Part shown: positions 24,125 to 37,444 of the stretch, piece by piece
How positions within the stretch are numbered: the stretch's first letter is position 1
Layout of the letters: each line of letters starts with the position of its first letter
Origin: Octopus sinensis
Lineage: Eukaryota
NCBI RefSeq assembly: GCF_006345805.1
Contig: NC_043000.1
Location: 52,638,001-52,702,000 of the forward strand
Length of the DNA stretch: 64,000 nucleotides
Direction of reading: 5' to 3'
Translations under genes and position numbers: made by a program
The notes under the pieces: generated by a model
The model's database searches: none
What the model was told of the DNA's origin: nothing
What the model saw: only the letters and a program-made list of their open reading frames with translations

Positions 24125-24520
24125 TGCATGACCTTGCAGGTGGAGCCTGGATATAATTTTCGTCAGGTTGAGTAACCCATCCAGCTCAAAAGGTCCCTGG
24201 ATAAGGGTTGTTTAAAGATGTTGAAGAGAACACTCATGTTTCCAGAGGTGAATTATTCAAACCCCAAAGAATTCTTCTCAACAAATAGCTATGGTGGTCC
24301 GCCACTACTTCTGCTTGTGATCTGAGATGCATACATCACCAGCCAACAAGTGACATGCTCATCTGTTAAGATCAAACACATGCCAAGAAAATCTGTGGTA
24401 TTCAGCAGAATATTTGTTGTAGACAATTTTTTATACCAAGATAAAACATATACATGCTTACACTCCCAATCAGCTAAGATCAAATGTCATGAGAGCCAGT
24501 GCCGGGTACTGCATCAGGGC
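24125..24520. repeat. Unclassified interspersed repeat X, copy 2 (truncated on the left)
   Basis: Aligns with roughly 16275-16668. Confidence 0.85.
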
Positions 24521-24549
24521 ATTTATTATTATTATTGTTGTTGTTGTTG

Positions 24550-24622
<73 letters not shown>

Positions 24623-24640
24623 CATTATTATTATTATTAT

Positions 24641-25611
24641 CCTATTGTCTTTGCAAAGCTTGTAACACTGTGGATGTACTACGGAGTCAGCTGTTCAAGG
24701 TAACACCCATTATTTTTCGTGTACCATCCGGAGTATTCGAGCGGTTCCAAGCAGTGCTGTTTTCTGCAAGTGCTCCACCCTTATTGCAACCCCTATTTGT
24801 TCCATGTTCTTCTCCAGATTTTTTCTCACTGGTCCCACGACTCCGGCAATTATTGTTACTGCCACCACCATTTCAGCGACAGCAACTGCTTAACCTCCCA
24901 AGCTAAAGTGGTATATCATTCGACTTTCCTTTTTTCCTTATGACATGCCTTGTTGTCAGCTGGGCAGTATATATCTATGATCCAGCATCATTAGCTCTGG
25001 TTTCCTATTCACTATCTCATGATCGCACTGAATCATAAAACCCCATATGATCTTTGTATTATCATTTCCGGGTTTTGCTCGTATCCGTTTTTGCGCAGTC
25101 CAGTTCATACTATTTGCAAAGTATCCAATGGACTATCCATGCTATATTGTCATGACGGCTCTAACATTCTTTCTAGAATAGTGGCGTGCATTGACTGGTA
25201 ATATGACATACGGTTGCACCATTTGTCCACAAATTCTGCACTTATCACTTTCGGATTTGTTGTCTATCAATGCATTTGATTTATTGAACTCTTAATGCTT
25301 GCACTTGGGCAACACAGACTATAGCCTCGGTTTCCAGTTTTAAATCACTTTTAGTTATCCATAGCCATCTTTTTTCTCTGTCTTATCTTGAACATCCCTA
25401 TGAAATTGTCCATGTATTCTTTTCTTTATCCATCTATGGTCAGTTTCATTCATTCTCAAGTGCTTGTACAGTGCTTTATCCTACACAAGCTTGACATTCT
25501 AACTTCCAATAATAGCGGCTCTGAGGCATTTATTACAAAGCTGTTTTGTTCTGCTCTAATGCTGGGTTTGCAATTCAATCAGTCCTCTCCCCCATCTTTT
25601 TCTTGGTACAT
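24641..25611 (-). mobile_element. R4/Dong-like 3' ~1 kb fragment
   Basis: Colinear with 11926-12920 (CRICGQ knuckle, 'QKTALLGTARILR'). Flanked by (ATT)n at 24522-24640 and (ATT/ATC)n at 25612-25808. Confidence 0.88.
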
Positions 25612-25627
25612 ATTATTATTATTATTA

Positions 25628-25682
<55 letters not shown>

Positions 25683-25808
25683 CATTATTATCATCATCAT
25701 CATTATTATTATTATTATTATTATCATTATTATCATCATCATCATCATCATCATTATTATTATTATTATTATCATCATCATCATCATCATCATCATCATC
25801 GTTATTAT

Positions 25809-26865
25809 CTAGCATCTGGTAGTTTCAGGTAAATTTCTAATGCATCACTTGTTACACCTTTGTGTTATGCCGGGGTGTGTGTAGCATTGTGTTCTTTTCT
25901 TTAGCGTATGCAACCTCTTCACGATATTGTATTGCATCAGTTTCCTTTTTAATGGGGTGTGACACAGTCTTTTATTGTAATAGTGCTTGCATTGTCTGTT
26001 GTGTTTGTAATACGTTAAGTATCGGGCCTGCTGGTAGTAGTTTATTTTATTGCATATTTGCTATATAGAGTCTGTCTTGTGCCTTTAGATTGTTTTGTTT
26101 GGGTGGTATTATTGAATAATAGTGTCTTGTGTAGGATGTGGTCTGTTCCTAGCAGGGATAGTTTTTGGATAGTGAGTAGTGTTGAAGATCCATGTATAAC
26201 AATTACGTTTATGTTCATTTGTTTTTTTTTATCACGTCCAATGCTGCAATTATTATAGGTATTGATTTCCCCTTGATGTCTCTCATCTTCAGTTTCGAGG
26301 TCTTTGTACTTTGACAAATTCTCCGCTTCTTTTTGGACAATATATTGAACAGAGGGTAATGCAATACATATCTGTAGGTGTTTTTTTCAATCATTGATTA
26401 TTATGTTTGGGTGATTTGCATTTCTTTCTATGTCGTTTTGAAAAGACATATCCGAGATTATTGTGGCGTAGAGGTTGTATTGTATCTTCCTTGGCATATG
26501 TTTATACCATTTATTGTCAGTTTTCATATTGTAACGTTGATATGTCCAGTGGATAAAATTATTTACTCGGTCGTGTCTGTGTGTATATTCAGATTTGGCA
26601 AACACTGAACAGCCAGAGAAGATGTGGTAAACTGTCTCATTCTGCACATTCTTCATTTTGCATTAGGGCGTTGTCATGATTTCCCTTCACGGTTGTTCGT
26701 AGTCAGAGATTAGTCTTGTGCAGCGAGGATCAGTCCGACTGTTTCAGACTTTAACCCAGAGCTTCGAGTTCTTGTTGGCTTTGTTTGTCTCTTTGACCAT
26801 TTCTGCTATGTTGGCATCTGAGATCAGTGTATCAGTGTAGTTTCTTTCCGCTTTGTATTATATTT
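25809..26865 (-). mobile_element. R4/Dong-like 3' fragment, second subfamily
   Basis: 'ETVYHIFSGCSVFAKSEYTHRHDRV..FIHW' (CCHC region), 'RNANHPNIII', 'KYKDLE..IQKLSLLGTDHILHKTL'. Confidence 0.85.
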
Positions 26866-26885
26866 TAATAATAATAATAATAATG

Positions 26886-26947
<62 letters not shown>
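26865..26947. repeat. (AAT)n microsatellite
   Basis: Directly visible. Confidence 0.95.
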
Positions 26948-26948
<1 letters not shown>

Positions 26949-27114
26949 TGAGAATTATTACTACCCATGTATTTTAATTTAACTTAAAAAAAAATTGAAC
27001 GAACTATTGAATTTGGTTTGATGGCCTACCGGTGTGTACTATGAGTTTCTTTGCCCTAGGAATCGGGAAGACACTCGGCAAGAAATGGAAGCAAATTTGA
27101 AAGAGGAAAAAAAA

Positions 27115-27168
<54 letters not shown>

Positions 27169-27184
27169 TATAATAATAATAATA

Positions 27185-27260
<76 letters not shown>

Positions 27261-27298
27261 CATCAACATTATTATTATCATCAACATTATTATTATTA
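27115..27298. repeat. (AAT)n followed by (ATT)n, a self-complementary microsatellite pair
   Basis: Orientation switches at ~27226 (..AATAATTATTATT..). Confidence 0.95.
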
Positions 27299-29679
27299 GT
27301 TGAAGTCTTTGAGACATCAAAAGCTCCATCGCCCTATAGCCAAACCAGAGGAAGAATTTGATTCAGGCTTCAGGTTAATGAACATCAATTTTTTTTGAGG
27401 CCAACGCTTATGGAGTTGGTTTCTTTGTGACTTCCTATCGTTTTTCAACTGAATAAGCGAAGTTATTAAAAAACATATAGAGTGAACTCTCCATAGAAAC
27501 ACCCCAACACTGGTGACTGGATCTGTACCTCTGAACCGCTTTTGAGCTGACTGTTAGCCTTTGGGATGACAGAAATTGCAAATAACTCTTACTTTTATCT
27601 CACTCTAGCATTAAATAAAAGCAATTCAGATCGGGATGTATACTGCTTAAATAAAAAATTGATATGATGACAGTTAAACCGTATGTGAATGAAAGTGCAT
27701 TGTGTGTGTTACAACAATAGTAACTATCCATAGAACTATCAAATACCATTGAATGAGAGAAAGTTTGCATAATTGTTGAACTAGTTAAAATCAACCACCC
27801 AGCTCTCACTTTCTCAATCCTACCAAAACTACCCATTAGATAGTTGTTTTCTTTGGATTAAATTAGCCTTGTTTTTGTAGTCCCATTATTCGTGTTATTA
27901 CTGTGCTTCATAATAAATTACATAATGATGCTTTAATTCGTTAACATTAATGATTTTTATGCAAATAATGATCGTTTATTCAAATGAGGTTTTTTATCCA
28001 ATAAAGAGTGCAATGTATATTAATAGATGTTGTAGCAGAATAGAAATTGAGTAAGAAAGAAACAATCTGAAAGACGATTAGCTTCACGGTTCACTTAGTC
28101 AGCTTATACTGACTAGTATTAATCACTTTCCTACGCTGAATTATACGGATTGGTGTGTTGTCACTGATAGGAGAAATGACGGACAGTTACATAATGTTTG
28201 GTTTAAATTGCACATAAATTATTCGTAACACTGTACTATAACTAATCTACGTGATATAACAAGGTCGTACCAAACATCAGATTGATGTGTCTCTCTCTAA
28301 TGAAATTCCTTATATCGAAATTAACTTGTTCACAAATAATTTATATAACGTGTAGATTTACGGTCTTATTTAGCAAATTATGGTCCAAACATGTCATATA
28401 AGCATGGCAGATATAATCAGATTAGCCCAGTGCAGATTAACCGAGCACATATATTGAAGGCAATATCGTACATCACAGAATGATCTATATAAGCAACAAA
28501 ATACAGTAGAAATATAACTTATATATGATGGTAAGTTAGACAGGCTACACATTGTAGATGATAATATAATGAGAGCAAAGAAACATCAAGGATTTGCAAA
28601 CCATACGAACTGTTCGTAATAAATTATATGATTTGACGCAAACAGTAGGGACAAAATATTGACTATAAAGACAGATGTATCAATTTCCTGACGATTAGCT
28701 TATTGTTTTCTCTGAGTTTAACTCGAAAATGCAATATCAACGAGTTCCTCAGCAAACTGAAAAGTATGTTATTCAACGAAATATTTAGTATCCATTTTGT
28801 ATGATTTGATTTGGGATGCGCAAAACTTTCTTTAAGAGACATAAAATAGAAATAGGTTTGCAAAACAATATATAGCAACTAGGATTAAATCATTACTTTT
28901 AAGACATTTTGCTTTCAAATTGTTATACAATTCTGAAATCGTATCATATATTTTTGGCAGATGTACTTTCTCTGCAGTAATTTCTGCGAGCTCAATGTAG
29001 GAAATAACAATTACGATTGCAGCGACTACAAAAGAAATGTAGAAAAGTACAATACGAATTCGGCCGAAAGAAAAACCAATTGACAGTAATTTGTATAATT
29101 TTGTCAAGTTTCCTTAGGGAAGCTTATAATGACTTATCAAACGGATATTTTACAAAGCGAGCTCTTGATTTAATAGCATTGAGTTTCCTAGGTTAGTATA
29201 ATATATAACTGAAGCATGGCTTTGTGTTTATGAAATTCACTTTAGAATCACGAGATCCTATGTTCAATTCCATTGCATGAAAAGTTGAACTAGTCTCTTT
29301 TACTCTTAATTAAAATTGAAGCACAATCTGCCAGTGAAATTGAATGGAGAAAGTTAATGGGAAGCTCGTGAGGTGAGTAGAATCCTCACGTAATTAGCAT
29401 TTTTATCAGTTAACCTTGTCTGTGACGTTTTTGATAAGTTAAGAGAAAATTTACCATGTCTGCGCTCGACTGGTGTTTTGGAAAATTTAACAGTCTTGTT
29501 AGCTACAAGTGTTCGGTCTAGATCCTCAACTTGCGAAAAGCCGCTATTTTGAATACTAATCCATCAGCTGTTGCGTCTTTTATTCCTTCCCCACCAGTCT
29601 CGAAGACCTGGTATAGTTTGCTTCTGGAAAGGAGCCCAATTTTGATGAGTTGAATGAAATAGATATATACCCTTTTGTA

Positions 29680-29883
29680 ATCTAGGCACAAGACCTGAAA
29701 TGTGGGGGAAGGGGCCCGGTCGATTAGATCGACCCCAGTTATTAACTGGTGCTTCATTTATCGCCCCTGAAAGGAGGAAAGGCAAAGTCGACCTCGGCGG
29801 AATTTGAACTCAGAACGTAAACACAGATGAAATATCGCTAAGCATTTCACCCGGTTTACTAAAGTTTCCGCCACCTCTCAGCC
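29680..29883 (-). mobile_element. SINE family C, near full length
   Basis: Reverse complement of head plus core (GGCAAAGTCGACCTCGGCGGAATTTGAACTCAGAACGT). Confidence 0.85.
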
Positions 29884-31084
29884 TTGAAATAGATATATAT
29901 ATCAGATATGCTTTAGATGGGGAGAATATTTGGGTGCAGCATCAATCAACGGGATCAAACAGTGAACAGCCCAGAAGAATGAATAAAATTGCACATCATT
30001 GAAAATCACGGTGAAACGTTTGGCTCAGGTATAGTCCCATAGTAGGCACTACCTTTCTTTCCAAACTCTGCCAAGATGATATAAGTAGCTTGATATACCT
30101 CGTGTGTTGGAGTCCCAACCCGCTTTGGCTGGTCGCATCGACAATTAGACTTAAAGAAAGTAGAATAGAATCATTGAGTACATAGATAAAAAGGTGGCAG
30201 TGCAAACGATTTTAGTGGGTTTGTTTAAATTACCCATTACAACATAGTGTTTTTACTCGCAGATAATTCTTCTAACAATCCATAGATCAATGTATTATTT
30301 GCTTAAATAGAGATTGCGCTTAATTTACCGCAGAGAATATGGTCCCTATGGACACTAATTTGCCCTTAGGCATTTGAAATATACTTCAGAAGAAGCAGAA
30401 CTAACTCACAAGGCAGTTCATCTGAGATAATTATTTTCTAATATGCATACTGCATGTGCAATTGAGGAATCGAAACATGACTGGTGTGATTTCAAAATTA
30501 AATATCAGAAAACCATCTGCACGCAAACACTGAACAGCACACTGAAAATACCAGAGCAGATAAAGACAGGATGTAACTCATAAATTTTACAGGCTACAAA
30601 TATAATATAGTGTATGCCCTTATATTTGATAAAGCAGGAGCTTTATCAAATGGACCCATTTCAGTATTTTTTTCAGTTGCTTTTTTGCCTACTGATTTCT
30701 CGTGACTTTTATTTTTCTTGACACTCTTTTATTTGTCAAATGGGTAATTTTTCGTATGTTTATAAAAGCTAGAAAATTTCATTTCATATATTAATTACCG
30801 TATACGTTCATTGGACCCTCAAATTAAATTCAGACAATACTCTTTTCATTCAAAACATAATAAAAGCAGTGTCAAATATGATGTTCCTAGATATTTATCA
30901 GATATAAAATAGATAAAATTGTATTCGATCTATTTGCTGAATTTTAGATAAAATAGGGAAAATTGTGAAAATATTCCTGTAAATTTCTGTGGTAATGCAT
31001 CACATAGAATCTGATAGGTTATAGGGTGATGCATGACGCAATTCTTACAATATACTGCATTGTCTTTCAGGAGAGTATAAATAT

Positions 31085-32530
31085 GTGAGAGAGAAATATC
31101 TGCCTTTAGTCTGCTATCAAATTTCATATAGTTCAGTTGTGCTTCCCAATATTCTCAGACATGAAAACTTGAGTGAAGACCCAATATCGAAAAGGTTATT
31201 GGAATTAGATGAAGAATGGGAAGAAGATAGTAGTGATTACTTGTATTGCTCTAAAGATGATGGTGAATGTGATTGTGTGCTGGCCAGTTTCTGTATCAAC
31301 AGATGATGAAGATACTCAAAAGCAATTATCTGGAAACCAGCCAATTATGAATGGACAAATGTTGAAAGTCAGATTATTTACAAAGATAAAGGGAAGGAAA
31401 TTTATTGGACACATTATTCAACAAATTAAGAGCCGAGGAAGATTTCAATAGAATTTTACAAGTATTAGGATTTCATGATGATAGTGCAAGAAGAAAAAAG
31501 AGAAGTGATGATAAATTGGAGCCCATAAGAGAAGTATTTGAAATGTGGAATCAGAATTTGCAAGATGCATATGTTCTAAGTTCATGCATGACAGTTGATG
31601 AACAGTTAGTTTCATTCAGATGGTGCTGCCCATTCAGAGTATATATTCCTTCAATATCAGGGAAATATGGAATTAAAATCTTGGGTAATATGCGAAATTG
31701 AATATCTGGAAAATGCTAATCTACACTGGATAAGTTCCAGTAAAAGGGCGAGAGAGATATCAAAATTCAAGAGTTGTTGAAGACCTAGTAAAAGAACTTG
31801 AAAATACTGGTCACAATATAACTTATGATAATTTTTGCTCAAATGCTGCTTAGCAAGAACCCTACTTTAGTTGAAAAAAATAGAAAGAATAGAGTTGAAC
31901 TTACAAGTACTTTCTCAAATGGAAAAGAAAGAATAACTTATAGCAAAATATTTGGATTTCAAAGGGATTCTATGATCCTATCTTATTGTCCCTAGAAAAA
32001 TTATGTAGTCACACTTAAGATTGCAATGCACTCAGCCTTCAATTGATTGTAGCCTGCTACAATAGTTCTGAAAAGAAACCTGAAGTTATTACATGTTATA
32101 ACAAAACAAAAGGAGGAGTAGATACCTTAGATAAGAGGGTAAGGACATACATTTGCCAAAGAATTACTTGAAGATAGCCTATGGTTTTATTCTACAAGAT
32201 GATTGATATAAGTGCAGTGAATGCTTTCACTGTTGCTAAACAGTTTCATTTGAAAAGTTTCACAGATAAAAGATGACAATGCGTAATTCATTTAGGAAAG
32301 GAACTTGCTGGAGTTAATGCTAAACAAGAACATGACAAACAATCTTCTAGTTCCGCTAACATTTCTCAATCAAACAAGAAAAGAAGACAATCTTCAACGT
32401 TATTTGAGATTCCTCAGCCAAAGAAAAATGACAGGAAGACTCGTACTCCATGTAAGAATTGTAAGATCGATGTTTGCCAAGAACATTCCAATGTTGTCTG
32501 CATTCACTGCCATGAAGAGCTTTAATTCTG
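31085..32530 (+). pseudogene. piggyBac (PGBD-like, DDE_Tnp_1_7) transposase pseudogene
   Basis: Acidic N-terminus, 'DKLEPIREVFE..MTVDEQLVSFRWCCPFRVYIPS..GKYGIK', 'TGHNITYDNF', 'KGGVDTLDK', 'MIDISAVNAF', and Cys-rich C-terminus 'PCKNCKIDVCQEHSNVVCIHC'. Multiple frameshifts. Confidence 0.92.
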
Positions 32531-32684
32531 TATTTTTGTAATTTAAAAAAAATTATATATTCTTTAAGCAGCTGTATTTGTGATACTTTATATAATGTGG
32601 CTAAGAAATAGTGGTAGCCTGAATAAAATTTAATTAAAAAAAAAGATATTGGGTCCATTAGGTAATTAGTGACATACATTTTCT

Positions 32685-32703
32685 CTAGTAGACCCAGGGT
32701 TAA
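32685..32703 (+). mobile_element. piggyBac right terminus with TTAA target site
   Basis: ..GACCCAGGG followed by TTAA at 32700-32703; piggyBac elements canonically end in AGGG-TTAA. Confidence 0.7.
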
Positions 32704-32879
32704 TGAGAGGAGTTACCATCATTCTTTCCATTGAATGTAATTCCTGCAGGTATTTCTTTACAGAATTGTGATGAACATGTGAATGTCCCACGTCAATAGC
32801 TCCGATATATAACTTGCGATTAATTCATGGATAATTCACATTCCTTCTACTCAATGTGGCGAAAGTATTCAAACGGTCA

Positions 32880-33300
32880 ATTCAACTAACATTCTGTCAT
32901 ACCTTTTAAACAGCAAAGAACTGCTTGCTGAAGGTTTTTCTAACAATCTCATCCCAAACATATTTCTGAATTTAACAATCATAGCATGAAAAATATCGCT
33001 CTGAAAGGAATCAATTTAATTTTAGAAGACATGCTACCGGGGGCGAAAGGCTGTAAATCAATAGATACAGTTACCTGGAAGAAAAATATGGTAAATTATC
33101 TATTAGAAGCAGCAGGGATGTGATGGTAAAACTTGAAGTATCGATTATGCTACATCGCAAACTAGAGTAGCCCAAAATTTACAATAGAGAAAAACTCTAT
33201 AAAGTCCCACTGGGTCTGAAGTTCAGAATCAAGGCAGGAATTTGTAGCGGATGTTTCATTGTCATTCCACTAAATCCAAAGGTCTTAACTTTGTGTCACT
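32880..33300 (+). mobile_element. Highly degraded Helitron/Pif1 helicase fragment
   Basis: Short matches 'KSIDTV..NY.LE' and 'KLEVSIMLHRKL', resembling SIDT..YPxEFLN and LKVGAPIMLLRNL seen at ~48140-48280. Confidence 0.35.
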
Positions 33301-33864
33301 CATTTCCGCCATCACACGCAGAAAGATGTCGGTACGAACATGGCACACTCTAATTTAAATAGTTCTTGGATGATCATATAAAGAGATGCTACTCCTTTAC
33401 TCGTGGAGGATACAGTACCTGTCAAAGGTACTATATTATTGTATAGTGTTCCTTCATAAAATAACTAGATACCTCTACGTATAAGGGCTATTCGAATAAC
33501 ATTAGGTTTTCAGGTAATAATACAAAACATAAAGTGTCTACAAGAGTCATATCACTTTCAAAGTTCGTAAAGATTTTTCTTCTGAAGGGATTTGAGTATA
33601 AATCACTGTCAATATTTATATAAGTATCCAAACTACGAGATTCTTGTTGATACTTATAGGAGCATATGCATATTATGCAGGCATTTATGGCATTTGGGTA
33701 ACAACGATAGCACAACAATGTATTGAATGTAGGCTTTGGTATTTCGTTACGAATCGACATAAAGCTGTAACGTCTGAAACGTAATATTCGTTGTCTGATA
33801 TGAAGATTTGAACAGTGTGATAAGATGAATTTTGGAATCCAATTTAGTAAATCTTTCTTTCTTT

Positions 33865-33871
33865 CTTTCTT

Positions 33872-33910
<39 letters not shown>

Positions 33911-33912
33911 CT

Positions 33913-33979
<67 letters not shown>

Positions 33980-33988
33980 GCTAGCTAC

Positions 33989-34045
<57 letters not shown>

Positions 34046-34065
34046 AATCTATCTATCTATCTGTG
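33865..34065. repeat. (TTTC)n/(TATC)n microsatellite
   Basis: Directly visible. Confidence 0.95.
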
Positions 34066-34249
34066 TATGTATACATACGTATTCACATGCATGTGCCTTT
34101 GGACGCATATAATATACTATAAATGCACCTATATGATATACACACGAAATATATATATTCAAGTATAATGAGAATTTTATATCAATCTGAGGTGTTACTC
34201 CACACTTTTGTATAATACAAATTTATTATTCTTTATTAAAAATAGTTTT

Positions 34250-34700
34250 AAAATTCACATCGAAGTTTCGGCCTGCTAAAGCATCTGTGGACTGTTTGCC
34301 TTAAGTTTATCTTGGATTTATATAGTCTCTGCTGAGATAAAATTTCTTCTGGGTTTTGTGAGGTCATGCTCAATGGTTGTAAGGTGGGTTGTGAAGGAAT
34401 GTTGCTGAGGAGAAACTCTTTTTGTTTAAATTTGAGGGTATGTCATTTTTCAGAATGTATTCAGATGGCAGCTTCATCTCGTAGGATGGCTTTTTCTTTG
34501 AATCACAAAAAATACGTATATAGGAAGAGGAAGCTCTTTTGTTTAGCGGCTTTGTAATTACTTTTAGTTGTTTTTTTAATTCAATACTTTGCTTTGGCAA
34601 TGCAATGTAAAGGTCAACGTTCAAAGTTTACTTTAGCGATTTAGAAATTAGCTACTGGGCGTGTCATCTCTTTCGGAATCGAATTTTTAAGGAATCACAC
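34250..34700 (-). mobile_element. Penelope-like element remnant (RT thumb/linker region)
   Basis: 'YIALPKQS..KKQL..ITKPLNKR.SS..IF..SK.PSYE..HNPPYN' resembles the PLE pattern YI..SNHP..KQL..I.KRLS..IF..P.Y..FNPP. Confidence 0.45.
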
Positions 34701-35133
34701 AAAGAACATAAGTAGCTGGTATGTTTTAGCTGGTCAGTAATTTTATTTACTTGCTGATGTTATTTGAGGTGTTTGGAAGATGGAGGTCCATAGCCAAGCA
34801 TGTAAATTAGTCCAAATAATGTGATTGCTATTATGTAACTAATTGTTACCTGCTTCAACTATGTAGTCTCTTGCTTAGGATTATTATCAAGAATGTGGAT
34901 TACTTAAAATAACCGGGGATATGATCTATTTTAGAAATTCTTACACAATCATGGACCATTTCTCCAAGTAGGAATCTACTATAGTCCCTTTTAATGCCAC
35001 AGTTTTCGAAATGATATTTACCCAACAATTATTCTACGGCTACTTGTCTCTGTTCGTGTTGAGGTATGAGATGGTCTCAACCGAATCTTATATTTACATA
35101 AATAGGTCCTCCCTTGATGGCTTATATGTATCA

Positions 35134-36268
35134 CGAGCAAAACGACCCCCGTCCAATGGACGGTGCTGAATTGTCAAACAGTTAAACCAAAGTTTCTCAA
35201 AACAAGCTCTCCGACATCCCCTCTAGGCATCCCCTTTGAGAAACACTGATTTAACCTAAATTTGAGACACCAGCAAAAGAAGAAATAAAGATAGACTTTT
35301 TTCTGTTCCAAAGAAAAACGGTTTTGTTCACACAAATATGCAACCGAAGTGTTTAAAATACCAGTAATGATAAGGCTGTTGACTGTGAGAATACAAACAT
35401 GGTTTAAACAGTAAGCTTGGCAGGAAAGAAGCGTGCCTTGAAGCAGTACAAAAACAACAAAAATGTAAGGTGCAGTTATGTACAGGTTGACTGAAGAAAA
35501 GCAGGACAAAAATTATGCATGCAAATCGGTTAGCTCGACGTAAATCTAAATGGAAAAGCATAATCAATTTATGAGAACGTACCTGAGACAATAAAAAATT
35601 ATCCGATAAAACATGTAGGAAATCAACTTGGGGCGATTTTTGATGAAAAGCAACATCGTAGGGAACTAAGTAAATAATGTTAAGCTAACTTACTTTACGG
35701 GATGTTCGAGGGCATGGGAAAGCCAGTGGAGCGCAGCCTTGTAAACCACATTCCTTGTTACTCAGTCTGGAGCGTAGTAGAAAAGGTTTATCGAACAGCC
35801 AACCCTCCAACAGCCCACATACAATTGTCCGGGCGAACAGAAGAGAGTGCTGAGCTGAAACCCCACGACTTTCAATGACTGCCCCTGTGCTTTGTTGATG
35901 GTCATCGCGAAGCTCAGGCAAATAGGCAATTGGACGTGTTTCATCGGGTAAACACAGTCCGACTGCATTTTGTGACATTATTTCAAACCGGCCGGCTTTT
36001 TTTTTGCGCAAACTGCACGTGCATTTTTCTCGCGTACGCATAGTATCGATCACAACAGCTGATGCACTTGCGCATACCACTGCACGTTCTCAAGGCTTTA
36101 TCGATCGCATTCTCACCTGGAATCGATTTTTGTAATTTTTTTCAAGACTTATACACGCCCTGATACCGTCGGTATCTACATATCAAATTTGAGCGCAATC
36201 GGATGGACGATGCCCGAGATCCTACAAGACACACATACATACAGACAGAACGTATTTTATATAATAGA
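35134..36268 (-). mobile_element. Non-autonomous Helitron, 1135 bp, carrying a helicase C-terminal fragment
   Basis: 5' A/TC TATTATATAAAA at 36268. 3' hairpin CCGTCC-AAT-GGACGG (35149-35163), an 11-nt spacer, then CTCG/T. Internal 'QLPICLSFAMTINKAQGQSLKVVG..SPGQLYVGCWRVG'. Confidence 0.75.
35700..35968 (-). pseudogene. Helitron Pif1-family helicase C-terminal fragment
   Basis: FAMTINKAQGQSL and GQLYV..RVG motifs. Confidence 0.9.
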
Positions 36269-36984
36269 TAATTATCATACAAAATGCTGACAGTGAGAAA
36301 TATTTAGCTCTTTACTGACAGCTGAATTGTCACTATGCTTTCGAAATTGCATTTCAGTGACTTGTCGCAATGAAGTTATAACTCCAAAGTTCAGACTGGT
36401 TTTAGCCACTCGCGTTTTAGGTCAGTCCGTCACGATTAGCAAAGCAGAGAACCTTTATCTAGTAATGCTAAAATTTAAATTGCGAGCTGAATTCGAAATA
36501 AGATCTCACAGAACACTGTCTTTATTATATTTTAAAATTCATTCTTTTGGATAATTCTTTTAGTGAGTCATGCACCTTGAGGAAGAAATGGAAGAGAACC
36601 TGAATATATTCATTCTATCATAACCCTGAAATATATAACAAGTAATACAACAACTAAGATAGTGGACGTGTTCAAATAAATATGAAGAGAGTAATCAGAG
36701 CTTCTTGAGAAGATAAATTCTCGTAATTGCTCAAATATAAATTTAAGTATAAACTTAAAATGACAGATGAAAGAAAGGCACGTTGTTTAATTGGTATATA
36801 ATGATATGAAGGAAATTAGATTATTATCGAATTTATTGTTAGATGTCCTCACCCAGTAGTTTGAAAGAGGTGTCTCAATGAGGGCAAGCTTATAGAACAA
36901 TGAAATCTCAGAAGATTTTCACTTTATCCAGAGAAATACGTGAATGATTTATTTAACAATACCAGGTAACAATATTGTGAGAAA

Positions 36985-37039
<55 letters not shown>

Positions 37040-37042
<3 letters not shown>

Positions 37043-37059
37043 CGTGTGTGCGTGTGTGT

Positions 37060-37098
<39 letters not shown>

Positions 37099-37408
37099 TA
37101 TATATGTGTGTGTTATATATGTATGTCTGTAATATATTACTGAAGCGCAGGAAAATTTAGTGTAACGAAATACGAATGCACAGCAGAATAATATTGTTGA
37201 CATATAAATTATAATTTCAAAGTGATTTGAAATTGTAGGATAGAAAATTCTCTTAATATATCTGAATAAAATGTGTATACGTATTCATACACACATCACA
37301 AACGTAACAAATACATGCGTGGACGCACATACAAAGACTCAAGCGAATATACATGTTCTGTGCCTCTGTGTGTGTGTGTGTGTGTGTTGTGTGTGTGTGT
37401 GTATGTGT

Positions 37409-37444
<36 letters not shown>

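Noticed and set aside
28663-29107. Hydrophobic minus-strand ORFs vaguely like GPCR TM6-TM7
   Set aside because: Non-ATG start, no true NPxxY, a SINE fragment upstream instead of further TM segments, and hydrophobic codons are expected in T-rich DNA.
29996-30205. 'SGLGLQH' resembling the LINE RT GGLGL motif
   Set aside because: A single short motif with no other supporting motifs.
33488-33760. 90-aa ATG ORF on the minus strand
   Set aside because: No motif or splice structure recognised.
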